This document shows, piece by piece, positions 1-9,626 of a stretch of 64,000 nucleotides of DNA (positions within the stretch are counted from its first letter, which is position 1; the number at the start of each line of letters is the position of its first letter). Source of the stretch: an uncultured Glaciecola sp. (GTDB lineage Bacteria > Pseudomonadota > Gammaproteobacteria > Enterobacterales > Alteromonadaceae). Position numbers and translations under genes: made by a program. Location of the stretch: positions 4,593 through 68,592 of the forward strand of contig CAYURD010000008.1 of the NCBI GenBank assembly GCA_964446865.1. Reading direction: 5' to 3'. The notes under the pieces were generated by a model that was given only the letters and a program-made list of their open reading frames with translations, was not told the origin of the DNA and did no database searches.

Positions 1-1332
1 AATAAGCTCTGAACGGTCTCCCGGAATATCACCCGACCAATCGCCATCTATTGGCCTAGCCGGAAATTGAGCATTGTGAATAAACCCAATATTGTCATCT
101 TTGTCAGCGTAGACATAGTTGATACTTGGCAAGGCATTCATCGCCATTGCGTCCATAAACTGATTGAGATTTTGCGATTTATTTAAGCGGTAATATTGCT
201 CTAGCTGTCTTATTTCTCCTGCGCCAGCATAGCGCAATGCAAAAGTGTGCTTTTTACCTTCAATTACTGGACCGTGAACCGTTCTTAACACCTTTCGTTT
301 TGCGTTAAAAGCAAAGGGGCCAAATAACCTAACTTGGATATTGACCTCTGTTGATTCAAAGTCATGCCATTTACCATCTAATTTATACTGGTTTGCATTG
401 TCTGGATTGCGCGTAAGTATGTATGAGTCGGCTAAATCGATATGATTAACCGTATTTGCCCACGCTAGGTGCTCATTAAAGCCATGTAAGATCAAAGGCG
501 TACCAGGAAATAGCCCGCCCATAATATTTAAGCCTTCTTCTGATTTAAGGTGCGCCTCATACCAAGCAACGGGACCAGTCAGCGGCTGATGCGAATTAAT
601 GAGCAGTCGAGTAGTGTTGTCACCTGAACGCGCTGCATTAATTGCGATTCCATTTGAGCCAAGTTCAATATCGGCATATTGTGCAACTTCAAAGGCCTTC
701 GTTTGCGACCCATCTACTGCGTCTACTAATGATATCGATAATTCGCGCTCGTCATCAAATAAGCTCAACAGGGTTTTGTCTAAACCATAGAAGAAGGGCG
801 TTTTAAACATAAAACCAGCTAACACATCTTCTGCAGTAAATGGCGCTAAGCCTTGCCAAGTGTCTTCTAAATGCCGACTAGCGTATAAATTTAGTCCTGC
901 CGCATAGCCTTGTGCAAGCGCCTTAACATCCTCTGGAACATTACTTTTATATTGCTGCTCAATGCTTGGCCATACGTTTAATAACGCAACAATATAATCG
1001 GTAGGCGCTGCGTCCATGCCGTTGTAACGAGCTAACTGGCCACGTGTAGCGGCTACAACATTTTGAATTGTTTGATAGTCATCTTCAGCATGAACATAAG
1101 CTAAGCCAAAGGACGTATCAGCATCAGTCTTCCCAAGAATATGTGGCACACCCCATTCATCTCTGATGACTTCTGCAAAATAGGAACGTGCACTTTTTTC
1201 AAGCTCGACGATTGACGGTTGTTCGGGTAACGGGTTGTATAAAAGCATGCTCAAGGCAATTACAATAAGCGACGCAAGTATTAGGGCTATTTTAATAATA
1301 GTTTTTGATTTAGATTTTAAGACAGCTTTCAA
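1..1332 (-). CDS. Penicillin acylase / AHL-acylase family Ntn-hydrolase (3' end runs off the window)
   Basis: Not in the ORF track. Manual translation from TTG at 1332 gives an N-terminal hydrophobic anchor, RDEWGVPHILGKTDADTSFGLAYVHAEDD and the beta-subunit start GSNGIAI...LLINSHQP...WYEAHL. Confidence 0.9.
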   Translation of the reverse strand, partial: MKAVLKSKSKTIIKIALILASLIVIALSMLLYNPLPEQPSIVELEKSARSYFAEVIRDEWGVPHILGKTDADTSFGLAYVHAEDDYQTIQNVVAATRGQLARYNGMDAAPTDYIVALLNVWPSIEQQYKSNVPEDVKALAQGYAAGLNLYASRHLEDTWQGLAPFTAEDVLAGFMFKTPFFYGLDKTLLSLFDDERELSISLVDAVDGSQTKAFEVAQYADIELGSNGIAINAARSGDNTTRLLINSHQPLTGPVAWYEAHLKSEEGLNIMGGLFPGTPLILHGFNEHLAWANTVNHIDLADSYILTRNPDNANQYKLDGKWHDFESTEVNIQVRLFGPFAFNAKRKVLRTVHGPVIEGKKHTFALRYAGAGEIRQLEQYYRLNKSQNLNQFMDAMAMNALPSINYVYADKDDNIGFIHNAQFPARPIDGDWSGDIPGDRSELI

Positions 1333-1421
1333 GGTTTTATAATCAAAGGAATAGTTGGTATTGCTAGTGTAGTTAAGGCAAGCAGCATAAAGCAAGCTTG
1401 CACTTTACTAATTAGCCATAG

Positions 1422-2843
1422 CTATCCACAGCTTGAAATTGTTGCAGGGACAGTGTCAATCGCCTCAACACTTGCCCCATTTATCCATTTTACTAAGGCT
1501 TGATTTAGGCTTAAGTCTTCCTGTATTGTTTCACCTTCTTCAAGTATCTCAGACAAAAAACGAGTTTCAAAAAATTCAATATCGCTGCGCAAAGCACCGT
1601 GTTTTTGACAAGTTGGGGCAAGAACTGAAATAGGTCGGTAAGGGGTTTCTTCTGCATTGTTGTTGATTGTTTGCAGTGCAACTCTTAGCAAACCTTGTCT
1701 TGCTGCTCGTGAAAAGCTATTTGGTGTCATTCCAGCATTTAAGTAACCTTGGGCAATGACTGGATCGCGTAAGTCAGTCTTTATCAATACTTGAGAATTT
1801 GTCATATGATAAGCAACCACATGGGCAGCTCGGTCGCAAACCCATGGTTCACTTTCGTGAAAAGCTACACAGCTAGCATCTCTTGCTATATTGGCATTTT
1901 CACTGCGTTGAACATAGCTTGCTTTTCTTATCGCGAGTAACTGGTTAGCAATATTCTGATCATCTATGTCATATAATACATCGGGCCCAAAGTTAGCATC
2001 GCAGATTGAAAATAACTCGTTGGGACTTATGTTTAATCTGTCGGCGATGCGATCTGCATTGTGAGCTAGCGCTAAACATCCAGCAGATGTGCCGCTTAAA
2101 ATAACCTTACTCGGCGCAAGCTCGCTGTAATCCATTAAAACAGGCAATGATTCGCGTAAATCGTCACTCACTGCGCCTTGCATTAGGGTGTCGATTACCG
2201 CATCTACAATATACTGACCATTAAAAAACAATTCAAAAGCGGGTTGGGAGTTACTGCTAGGAATTTGGTGCAGTGCCGCTTGCCCCGCAAAGTTATCAGA
2301 CGAGCAATAATAGACAAACACCTGATTAGCTGAGCCGAGTTTATGTGGCTCATATGGCTCCTGCGACTCATTCATTAGTCTACGACTAAACATGCCATCC
2401 CCTGCAATTGCATCGGGTGCTAAACTTGAGGTCATTCGCGCCTTGCTGTCACACCAACGCTGAGCACAATCTGCCCCGCGACAATGAGAGCCGCCTTGAA
2501 AGAAAATAAGCCAAGTGTTGGCGAGCACAGGTTCGCTTGCTTTGCGAACGTACATTACCGCAGGCGTTCCATCATTGCACACTGCATTTGATTGGGTCAG
2601 TGTCAACTTTGACAAATCGGTGCCTGCCTGCACAGTACTGTCGTCAGTAGGGCTGCAACTTAACGCTTGATCGATAAGCTCGACTTGATTGGCAGGTGGT
2701 TCTGACATAATCGGGGGTAGCGTTGGAGGCGCAATAACTGACGCATCGTCATGTGAACCTGAAGAACCGCCGCAATTAAACAAGGAAAAAGCGCTTAGCA
2801 ATACAATTGCATATTGTCGGTAAGTAAACTTTTTTGTATTCAT
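1422..2843 (-). CDS. Pectin acetylesterase / Notum-like hydrolase, predicted lipoprotein
   Basis: CNDGTP, WLIFFQGGSHC, YYCSSD, nucleophile motif GTSAG; lipobox-like LFNC followed by a Gly/Ser linker. Confidence 0.8.
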   Translation of the reverse strand: MNTKKFTYRQYAIVLLSAFSLFNCGGSSGSHDDASVIAPPTLPPIMSEPPANQVELIDQALSCSPTDDSTVQAGTDLSKLTLTQSNAVCNDGTPAVMYVRKASEPVLANTWLIFFQGGSHCRGADCAQRWCDSKARMTSSLAPDAIAGDGMFSRRLMNESQEPYEPHKLGSANQVFVYYCSSDNFAGQAALHQIPSSNSQPAFELFFNGQYIVDAVIDTLMQGAVSDDLRESLPVLMDYSELAPSKVILSGTSAGCLALAHNADRIADRLNISPNELFSICDANFGPDVLYDIDDQNIANQLLAIRKASYVQRSENANIARDASCVAFHESEPWVCDRAAHVVAYHMTNSQVLIKTDLRDPVIAQGYLNAGMTPNSFSRAARQGLLRVALQTINNNAEETPYRPISVLAPTCQKHGALRSDIEFFETRFLSEILEEGETIQEDLSLNQALVKWINGASVEAIDTVPATISSCG

Positions 2844-2882
2844 AATAGATATTGCAAGTTATGGGCTCACTTGCAATATAAC

Positions 2883-2912
2883 AAAGCCACTCATTCGCTT
2901 TCGAGTGGCTTT
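2883..2912 (-). terminator. Hairpin, probable intrinsic terminator of the metalloprotease gene
   Basis: AAAGCCACTC-N10-GAGTGGCTTT perfect inverted repeat 36 bp past the stop at 2949. Confidence 0.65.
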
Positions 2913-2948
2913 ACTTAATCTTTACACTATTACATTGGCTTTAACGGT

Positions 2949-5615
2949 CTATTCTTCAGCCGCCAATCCATCAGCAATCAAGTACTCCAAGTAAGTCCGA
3001 TGAGACTTGCTGGCTGCATCTTTAACTCGGCCACTAGTTACCCAGTCTTGAATTTTTAGCAACTGTGTGTAAACGGCAGCTTTAGAGATTGGGTCATGGC
3101 TGTCACCATGTAAAATGCTGAACAGTTGTTCTACATATTCATGCTGCAACAAACGTCTGTGGCTATTAATTTTTGACTTAATATCTTGTTTGAAAATAGC
3201 GTTAGTCAGCTCACTTGTCATTTGCTCAACGGTATAAGTATTACCATAAAGACCTGAGTCGCTTAATCTAAGCATAACAGCAGAGTTTAGTAGACGTGCA
3301 AGGGCTGTTTTTTGAACACCAAGCACTAGCTCGTGTAGCTTAGGATCTTCATTGTTACCCCAATGCATAAATCCACGGCGCTGCATTTGAGAATGCTGAA
3401 TAAGCTCGCTTGGCAACGAAAATGCCTCGGGTGCAAAAATATGTTCAGCTAAAACGCCCATCGCATCTTGCTGCTGTGATTTAGCAACAGGTTGGTAAGG
3501 ACTCACATCGCTTTGCTGACCCTGATTAAAGCGAGATACTTCAATACCACCAATATAACTAGCCACAGCCGCCGCGGCACGACCTTTGTAGGTGATCATC
3601 GTAGTAGTGGCGGCTCTTAACTTAGCCCAAGTCTCACCCTCTTTCGCTAATTTATCTTTCACTAAAGGGGTTAACTCTTCAACTAACTCAAATTGATACT
3701 TGGCAAACGCGATACTATCGCTCGACATATCCCATATGTTTACGCGAGGATCTATACCTCGACCAGCAGAGCGCATATCGTCAGCGTCATTACCAAACAA
3801 TAACTGCGCTTCTGTAGAGCGAGCTAAATGCGCTTCGCGGGCGTCGCCTTCTAAATCAGGATCGTAGCCAAATTGTATCGCCCAATCATCGTAAGGACCA
3901 GGCTCGCTGGCAAAATAATCGCCCTGCTCTTCGCCAGGCTTACTAATCACAAGCGCTGTATAATCCATGATAGACGCGGTGGTAACGCCTTGGGTTAGCT
4001 CGTCGTTAAAGACTTCTTCCATAGAGCGGTAGTTTGACGCTTTCATATTATGAGACAAGCCAATTACGTGGCCCACTTCATGCAGCATAAGCTCCATTAG
4101 CATTTGTTCTATGATTTTGCGCTTTTCGCTAAACGATGCGTTCATTGCAGTCAAAGCAACTGAACCAAAGTTGACCATTTCACGCATATGATGACCTTTT
4201 GAGCAGCGCATCAAAGAATCATGCTTGTGCGCATGTTCGTCGTCACTTTCTAAAAAGTCAGCTAAAAACGCATCTGGATTTGCCAGAATATCGCCTCGTA
4301 AACCATAAATGGATAAAAATGAATGTTCAAACATCACATCGCCGCCAAGTATCTGGCCAGTGCGAGGATTCACATAATTAGGCCCAAATGCCGAACCCGC
4401 ATTAGGCGTGTTTGAAAAGCGGATCACGTTATAACGAATATCTTCAGCATTCCAATCAACATCGTCAGGTTGTTGTTTCACGACAATGGCATTTTTAAAA
4501 CCAGCCTTCTCAAAAGAACTATTCCAAGCAAGTACGCCTTCTTTGAGGCGTTCGCGGTATTCAATTGGGGTGGTATTTTCTATCCACCAAACGATGGGCT
4601 CAACGGGCTCTGATAAGGCTGCGTTTGGGTCTTTTTTAACTAAATGAAAACGATTGATGTAATCACGATATGGCGTTATTTCATAGCTATTTAGATCGGT
4701 CGCTTGCGCCCGAAAAAAGCCCACTCGATGGTCGTCTAAACGCGGCACAAAGTCATTCTCAGGCATTTTTACAAAGCTATGTTGCACGCTAATGGTAGTT
4801 GCTCGCGCATCGGCAACTCTGGGGCTACCAAATACCTGAGGATTAGCATTTTCGTACACAAAGTCTGCAAGCACATTTAGGTTTTCAGGATAAACGCCTA
4901 TATGAGTATATTTGACTTTGTCTTCTGACAAACGGCCTATATTGAATTGTTTATGCGGTGGACGCTCAGGGTCCATACCGTAGGTCACTCTTGCTAGCGC
5001 TTCGGTTTGAAATAGTCCATCAGCACTAATCAAGACTGCACTCTCGTCTTGTGAAGTCGCCACAATATCGGCGCTAGCTAGCACTGCGTCGGTGATATTG
5101 GCCATACCGCCATTTGCAAGTGGACTGTCGGGGTCAATTACGTAATTTGTATTTTTCTTGATAAAATCGATGCGATCAAAATAACGACGAACTTCTATCA
5201 CGTCTTGCGCAATAGGTGAGCCTCTGCGCGACCATGCCTCTAATACGCCATTTTTGATAGTGGCAAAGTACAAGAACTCTTTATCTATCTGTGACTTTTT
5301 AATTGACATATGAAGCGCACCTGAGTCGGTGTCTCTATACAAATCAAAAATCCCAGGAAAATGCTCCATCCCGTCAACGACTTCTTCTAGCGTTTCGGGT
5401 GCATCTTCTTCGGCTTCTTCGTCTGTGCCGGTGGCGGCTTTATCGGTGTTAGCATCATCTGTGCTTGTGTCAGACGATGCTGACTTTTCGTCCGAATCTT
5501 GCGTTACTGCTTGTAACAAGCGTTTTTGTGTATCACTTTGTGCAGCGTGAGTTTGCAAACTAAAACAAGCAAAAACAGCCGATAATAATATAATTGGGGT
5601 AAGCTTTTTAGACAT
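2949..5615 (-). CDS. Secreted zinc metalloprotease (DUF5117/DUF4953, EcxA-like)
   Basis: Signal peptide; HEVGHVIGLSH metzincin motif, Met-turn SIMDY, PGPYDDWAIQFGY. Confidence 0.88.
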   Translation of the reverse strand: MSKKLTPIILLSAVFACFSLQTHAAQSDTQKRLLQAVTQDSDEKSASSDTSTDDANTDKAATGTDEEAEEDAPETLEEVVDGMEHFPGIFDLYRDTDSGALHMSIKKSQIDKEFLYFATIKNGVLEAWSRRGSPIAQDVIEVRRYFDRIDFIKKNTNYVIDPDSPLANGGMANITDAVLASADIVATSQDESAVLISADGLFQTEALARVTYGMDPERPPHKQFNIGRLSEDKVKYTHIGVYPENLNVLADFVYENANPQVFGSPRVADARATTISVQHSFVKMPENDFVPRLDDHRVGFFRAQATDLNSYEITPYRDYINRFHLVKKDPNAALSEPVEPIVWWIENTTPIEYRERLKEGVLAWNSSFEKAGFKNAIVVKQQPDDVDWNAEDIRYNVIRFSNTPNAGSAFGPNYVNPRTGQILGGDVMFEHSFLSIYGLRGDILANPDAFLADFLESDDEHAHKHDSLMRCSKGHHMREMVNFGSVALTAMNASFSEKRKIIEQMLMELMLHEVGHVIGLSHNMKASNYRSMEEVFNDELTQGVTTASIMDYTALVISKPGEEQGDYFASEPGPYDDWAIQFGYDPDLEGDAREAHLARSTEAQLLFGNDADDMRSAGRGIDPRVNIWDMSSDSIAFAKYQFELVEELTPLVKDKLAKEGETWAKLRAATTTMITYKGRAAAAVASYIGGIEVSRFNQGQQSDVSPYQPVAKSQQQDAMGVLAEHIFAPEAFSLPSELIQHSQMQRRGFMHWGNNEDPKLHELVLGVQKTALARLLNSAVMLRLSDSGLYGNTYTVEQMTSELTNAIFKQDIKSKINSHRRLLQHEYVEQLFSILHGDSHDPISKAAVYTQLLKIQDWVTSGRVKDAASKSHRTYLEYLIADGLAAEE

Positions 5616-5689
5616 CTAATAAATTCCGTATATTTGTGTAGTGTTTTTCTATCCTATTGACATGATGCCACAAAATTAGGTGAAATTTC

Positions 5690-6643
5690 TTATTTAACCG
5701 GATAAACGACAAATTTGTCGCGGGTGACCTTTTTTGGTGTATCACCCAATTCAGTAAGCAAGCTGTTGAGCTCCTCCAAATCTTTTGTGGTTAAGGCCAA
5801 CGGCATTTCATTGGGTTGATATGTGCTGCCCACTTCATATTCTACGCTAGGTACGGCCGACATCTCTATATGTGCACCTAAAATTGCCGACACGGGATTA
5901 TTGCGAGTAAATGTCACCAAACGTTTAATTGTGTCTTTAAAAGTTTTCCATTCTCTAATATAGAGCCTACCTGGGTAAAAAGTGTCACCTGTTAATAACC
6001 ATTTTGTCTGATGATCATAAAAGGTAATTGCCTCTGACTGATGGCCAGGGGATGGAATAATATCAAGTAGTCGGCCACCTAAATCTAGCTGCACTAACTG
6101 TGAGGGCCACTGATTAATCGTAAAGGTCGTTTTTACTGCCTGTAAATTGTTGGCTGGCACCACCATTACTTGTAAATCAGGTATCGACAACTCGGTAAAT
6201 TGTTGGTCGCCAGCAATGTGGTCACCATGGCTATGTGAATGAGCAACCCATAATTTGTGTGCTTTTGCAGATGACTCTTTTTGATCAAGATGCTTTTTTA
6301 CAAGCGCCGCAATCGTTTGTGCAATGGGAAATTCTGATTGTTCTTGGCTTGCACCAGTGTCGATTAAAATTGAACTGTGCTCACCCAAAAGCAAATACAT
6401 AAAAGGTGCTTCGTAATGTGTGCATTTGTTTTGGCGCAACACAAAGGTACTTTCGTCTTGTTCAAACACCTCAATAGGAGGCGCAACATTTTGACTACAG
6501 TCAGCAACACCACTAAACCACACTTTTGTGTCTAAAGTAACCTTGTTGTTTGCAGCACTTGCCTCAAAATTTGCGCTGAATGCTTTAGCTTGCATCAGGA
6601 CGCTAGTCGCCATCATTAACATAACTAACGATAAGCGCCTCAT
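5690..6643 (-). CDS. Exported MBL-fold metallo-hydrolase
   Basis: Signal peptide; LIDTG, HSHSHGDH, PGH, LTGD and GAH metal-ligand motifs. Confidence 0.85.
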   Translation of the reverse strand: MRRLSLVMLMMATSVLMQAKAFSANFEASAANNKVTLDTKVWFSGVADCSQNVAPPIEVFEQDESTFVLRQNKCTHYEAPFMYLLLGEHSSILIDTGASQEQSEFPIAQTIAALVKKHLDQKESSAKAHKLWVAHSHSHGDHIAGDQQFTELSIPDLQVMVVPANNLQAVKTTFTINQWPSQLVQLDLGGRLLDIIPSPGHQSEAITFYDHQTKWLLTGDTFYPGRLYIREWKTFKDTIKRLVTFTRNNPVSAILGAHIEMSAVPSVEYEVGSTYQPNEMPLALTTKDLEELNSLLTELGDTPKKVTRDKFVVYPVK

Positions 6644-7305
6644 TACATAAAGTCCTTTGTTTCAAGATAGGCAGTTGGTGGGATACCACACTCAGCTAGT
6701 TGCTCAACAAGCTTTTTTTGCTCACTTGTAGTTGTTTGTTCACAGGTTTTTAGCGATAAGTCTTTAACTGCATCATTAGCAACAAAAGCAATCGCATCAA
6801 ACGAAGGTTTAGCTTGTATTTTATGGACTAGTAATGCTGTTTTCTCATTCAGCGATTGCACATAAAAAATATTGTCATCACTGCTAAATTTGGGCTCTAG
6901 AGGTTTACTTAATACGAGTTTCGTAAAGGTGATATTACTTGTATGTGTTAACTTGCCGCCACGTTCAAAATGCCCTTGGTAAAAATCACTTTGGATACTA
7001 AATTGCGTTCCATCAATTAGTTTTTGTAAATCAAAATTTTTCGGCAATATTGTGACGAGACCTTTTTTCGTCATCGCCAAAACATCATCTAACTTATCTA
7101 CCTCAACCTTATATATTATTTGATGATCGTGCGGTGAATAATATAAAGGCATATGACTAGCAAGCAGACCCACATCCTTATGATAAATAAGTGCCATTCC
7201 ATGCGAGCCCATTAACGTATGTTGGCTGTGATCATTGTTTGCTTTTGCGTCAGTCACGCTAAACATCAATAAGCTAAACAAGCACCCAAGCATAATATTC
7301 TTCAT
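6643..7305 (-). CDS. Exported hypothetical protein, translationally coupled to the MBL hydrolase
   Basis: 220-aa ORF with signal peptide; its stop overlaps the next start; His-rich motifs GSHGM, SHMPLY, PHDHQ, GHFERGG. Confidence 0.75.
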   Translation of the reverse strand: MKNIMLGCLFSLLMFSVTDAKANNDHSQHTLMGSHGMALIYHKDVGLLASHMPLYYSPHDHQIIYKVEVDKLDDVLAMTKKGLVTILPKNFDLQKLIDGTQFSIQSDFYQGHFERGGKLTHTSNITFTKLVLSKPLEPKFSSDDNIFYVQSLNEKTALLVHKIQAKPSFDAIAFVANDAVKDLSLKTCEQTTTSEQKKLVEQLAECGIPPTAYLETKDFM

Positions 7306-7567
7306 CGAACGTTCCCTTTTTAAAACAGAATAAATAAAAATGTGACAAGGCCTTAAGGGCCAAACATTTCACAATAACTGTATGTTTTTATGATACTAGT
7401 GTGAACCTAGTCGAGAGAAAATGAAAGAGAGATTAGCTGATAAAATCGGCTTTGCACACATTTGCTTAATCTCAGCAACACGACAATATCCAAAATGAAT
7501 AAAATCTATAGCCAATCTAACTTTCCCTACTTCACTTGCTGACTTAGTTACAAGAAACACATTTAAA

Positions 7568-7602
7568 TACGATCGATGTAAATATTAGATACTTTTAATC
7601 AT
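7568..7602 (+). promoter_or_regulatory. Putative cupin-AraC tandem operator upstream of the pagL-like gene
   Basis: TACGATCGATGTAAATATTAGATACTTTTAATCAT; shares the 12-mer ACGATCGATGTA and an ACTTT 22 bp later with 9146-9180. Confidence 0.55.
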
Positions 7603-7664
7603 TGGTAAACACATATTTAGACTCATTTTTATCTCATCAATGACAGAATATTAATGAGAAAACT

Positions 7665-8228
7665 ATGCTTAAAACTATTTATACCCTTTTTGCCTTAATC
7701 GTCTTACAAGTTAGTACTATCAGCACCAGTCTGGCAGACAGCAAAGGTTCTGCAACTAGCGCTGTTGCCGTTGATTTGCTAGTGGGTGCCGACGATATTA
7801 CAGGCGTCAGACTCGCTTACCGTCCTTATATTTACGAGTGGGAAGACGTCCCTTATTTTGATTCTTTAGACATTTATTGGGAAGTCAGTGTTAATTTTTG
7901 GGAGTACGGTGAGGACAACCAACACGAAACAAACTTTGTGTTTGCGGTATCGCCTGTCGTTAGTCAAACCTTTCATTATATCTACGATAAGTACCCACTA
8001 AAATGGGAGTTTGGTATAGGTGTCTCGTTAGTCCACGATACACGCTTTGCAGGTAAAGACATTGGTTCACATTATCAGTTTGAAGACAGACTAGGTCTTA
8101 CGGTTGATTTTGGCGACGACTTAGCGCACTCAGTGTCGTTACGATATATGCACTACAGTAATGGTGGTCTTAACAGTAAAAATCCAGGTGTCGACTTTTT
8201 AAACCTATCTTATGCTCGTCAATTTTGA
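7665..8228 (+). CDS. pagL: Lipid A 3-O-deacylase / acyloxyacyl hydrolase (PagL-like outer-membrane barrel)
   Basis: Signal peptide; GSHYQFED, catalytic HYSNGG, NPGVD, C-terminal Phe. Confidence 0.8.
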   Translation: MLKTIYTLFALIVLQVSTISTSLADSKGSATSAVAVDLLVGADDITGVRLAYRPYIYEWEDVPYFDSLDIYWEVSVNFWEYGEDNQHETNFVFAVSPVVSQTFHYIYDKYPLKWEFGIGVSLVHDTRFAGKDIGSHYQFEDRLGLTVDFGDDLAHSVSLRYMHYSNGGLNSKNPGVDFLNLSYARQF

Positions 8229-9073
8229 TTTTTACGAAATTGTTTAGGTGTGACGTTCATGTACTTTGAGAATGTCTTAGTAAATGCACGCTCTGATTCG
8301 TAGCCTACCCGCTGGGCAATATCATCAATTGTCATACTGGTAGAAGCAATGAGCTCTTTTGCTTTTTGGATCCGTAAATTGGATAGGTAAACAAAAACGG
8401 TCTGACCCACCAAAGCGGTAAATCGTTTTGCAAATGCCGCGCGCGACATGCCAATTGTTGATGCTAGGGTTTCGATAGTCCAATGGGTTTGTGGTGAGCT
8501 ATGCATGCAATCTAAGGCCTTTTTGATTCGTTTGTCTTTCAAGGCCTGCAAAAAAGAGTGCTGTTGTTGGCGACCAAAATTAATACGAATAAGCTCTACT
8601 AAAACGACTTCGGTAAGTTTATTGACAATAATTTCGTTACCTGGATCTTGAGACATGTATTCAGAGCTGAGCTGGTCAATAGTACTTTTTAACCAAGTGT
8701 GTCGACTAATTTCATCTTCTCGTACTATTGTTGTTTGTCCAAAAATGTCATTTAAAGGCGATAATTCATCATGCTCAAATGAGCAATCTGCACATAGTAA
8801 TAAAGTGGAATCACCGCTAATTTTCATTTTACCTGATGGAGGTTCGCTGCTTAAAATATGATCAACACGCGGACCTAAAAAAATGAGGTCTCCGGTAAAA
8901 AGTTGCTCAATTTTTTCACCTATTTTTACCCAGCACGCGCCGCGTCTTACCAAGTGAAAACCGGCCGTTTCTTTTTGGATAAACTCTTTTGTCCAAGGCG
9001 GCTCTACGTGCTCACAAAAATATACACTGCCGCTTACACGCAATGATCTAAGAATATCACTAAGAATTTCCAT
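8219..9073 (-). CDS. AraC-family regulator with N-terminal cupin (RclR-like)
   Basis: FHLVRRGACW cupin; C-terminal double HTH (WTIETLA...GMSRAAFAKRF; IAQRVGYESERAFTKTF). Confidence 0.9.
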   Translation of the reverse strand: MEILSDILRSLRVSGSVYFCEHVEPPWTKEFIQKETAGFHLVRRGACWVKIGEKIEQLFTGDLIFLGPRVDHILSSEPPSGKMKISGDSTLLLCADCSFEHDELSPLNDIFGQTTIVREDEISRHTWLKSTIDQLSSEYMSQDPGNEIIVNKLTEVVLVELIRINFGRQQQHSFLQALKDKRIKKALDCMHSSPQTHWTIETLASTIGMSRAAFAKRFTALVGQTVFVYLSNLRIQKAKELIASTSMTIDDIAQRVGYESERAFTKTFSKYMNVTPKQFRKNQN

Positions 9074-9145
9074 CAGTATTGGGCTGCCTATTTTTAATCG
9101 TGCCTAAGAAGCATAATCGCTTTCACCAGAAATAGACAGAATATA

Positions 9146-9180
9146 GACGATCGATGTAGCAATTGAAGACTTTAGAATCT
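9146..9180 (+). promoter_or_regulatory. Putative cupin-AraC tandem operator upstream of the glutaredoxin
   Basis: GACGATCGATGTAGCAATTGAAGACTTTAGAATCT in the divergent AraC/grxC spacer; matches 7568-7602. Confidence 0.6.
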
Positions 9181-9284
9181 TGTTGAATACAGAAAACACC
9201 CTCATATTAAACTGTGAGCTGGGTAAATTAAGTGCAATTCGGATCAATTGACCCTAGAGCTGACAGCACATATTGGAGAGTAAA

Positions 9285-9542
9285 ATGTCAAAAATAGAAA
9301 TATATAGTAAAAGCTATTGCCCATACTGCAAAAAAACCAAATCCACTCTACACAAGCTGGGCTTGAGTTTTACTGAGTATGACATCACTTTTAACAAGAC
9401 CTTAGAGAAAGAAATGAAAACTCGCAGTGGCCGAAAAACTGTCCCACAAGTGTTTATTGATGACCAACACATAGGCGGCAGTGATGATTTCCATCTTGCT
9501 TTGCAAAATGGTGAGTTAAGTACCTTGCTAAGTTTGTCGTAA
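9285..9542 (+). CDS. grxC: Glutaredoxin 3
   Basis: CPYC active site, TVPQVFI, HIGGSDD; ATG at 9285 preceded by GGAG. Confidence 0.9.
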   Translation: MSKIEIYSKSYCPYCKKTKSTLHKLGLSFTEYDITFNKTLEKEMKTRSGRKTVPQVFIDDQHIGGSDDFHLALQNGELSTLLSLS

Positions 9543-9557
9543 ACGAGTGGAGATTGT

Positions 9558-9595
9558 TGGCAGCGTCTCTTTTAGAAAATACAAGAGGCGCGCCA
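9558..9595. terminator. Hairpin between convergent grxC and DUF1080 genes
   Basis: TGGCAGCGTCTCTT...AAGAGGCGCGCCA imperfect stem. Confidence 0.5.
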
Positions 9596-9626
9596 TCTTC
9601 GGTAAGTAATGAATAAGCGAATATGA

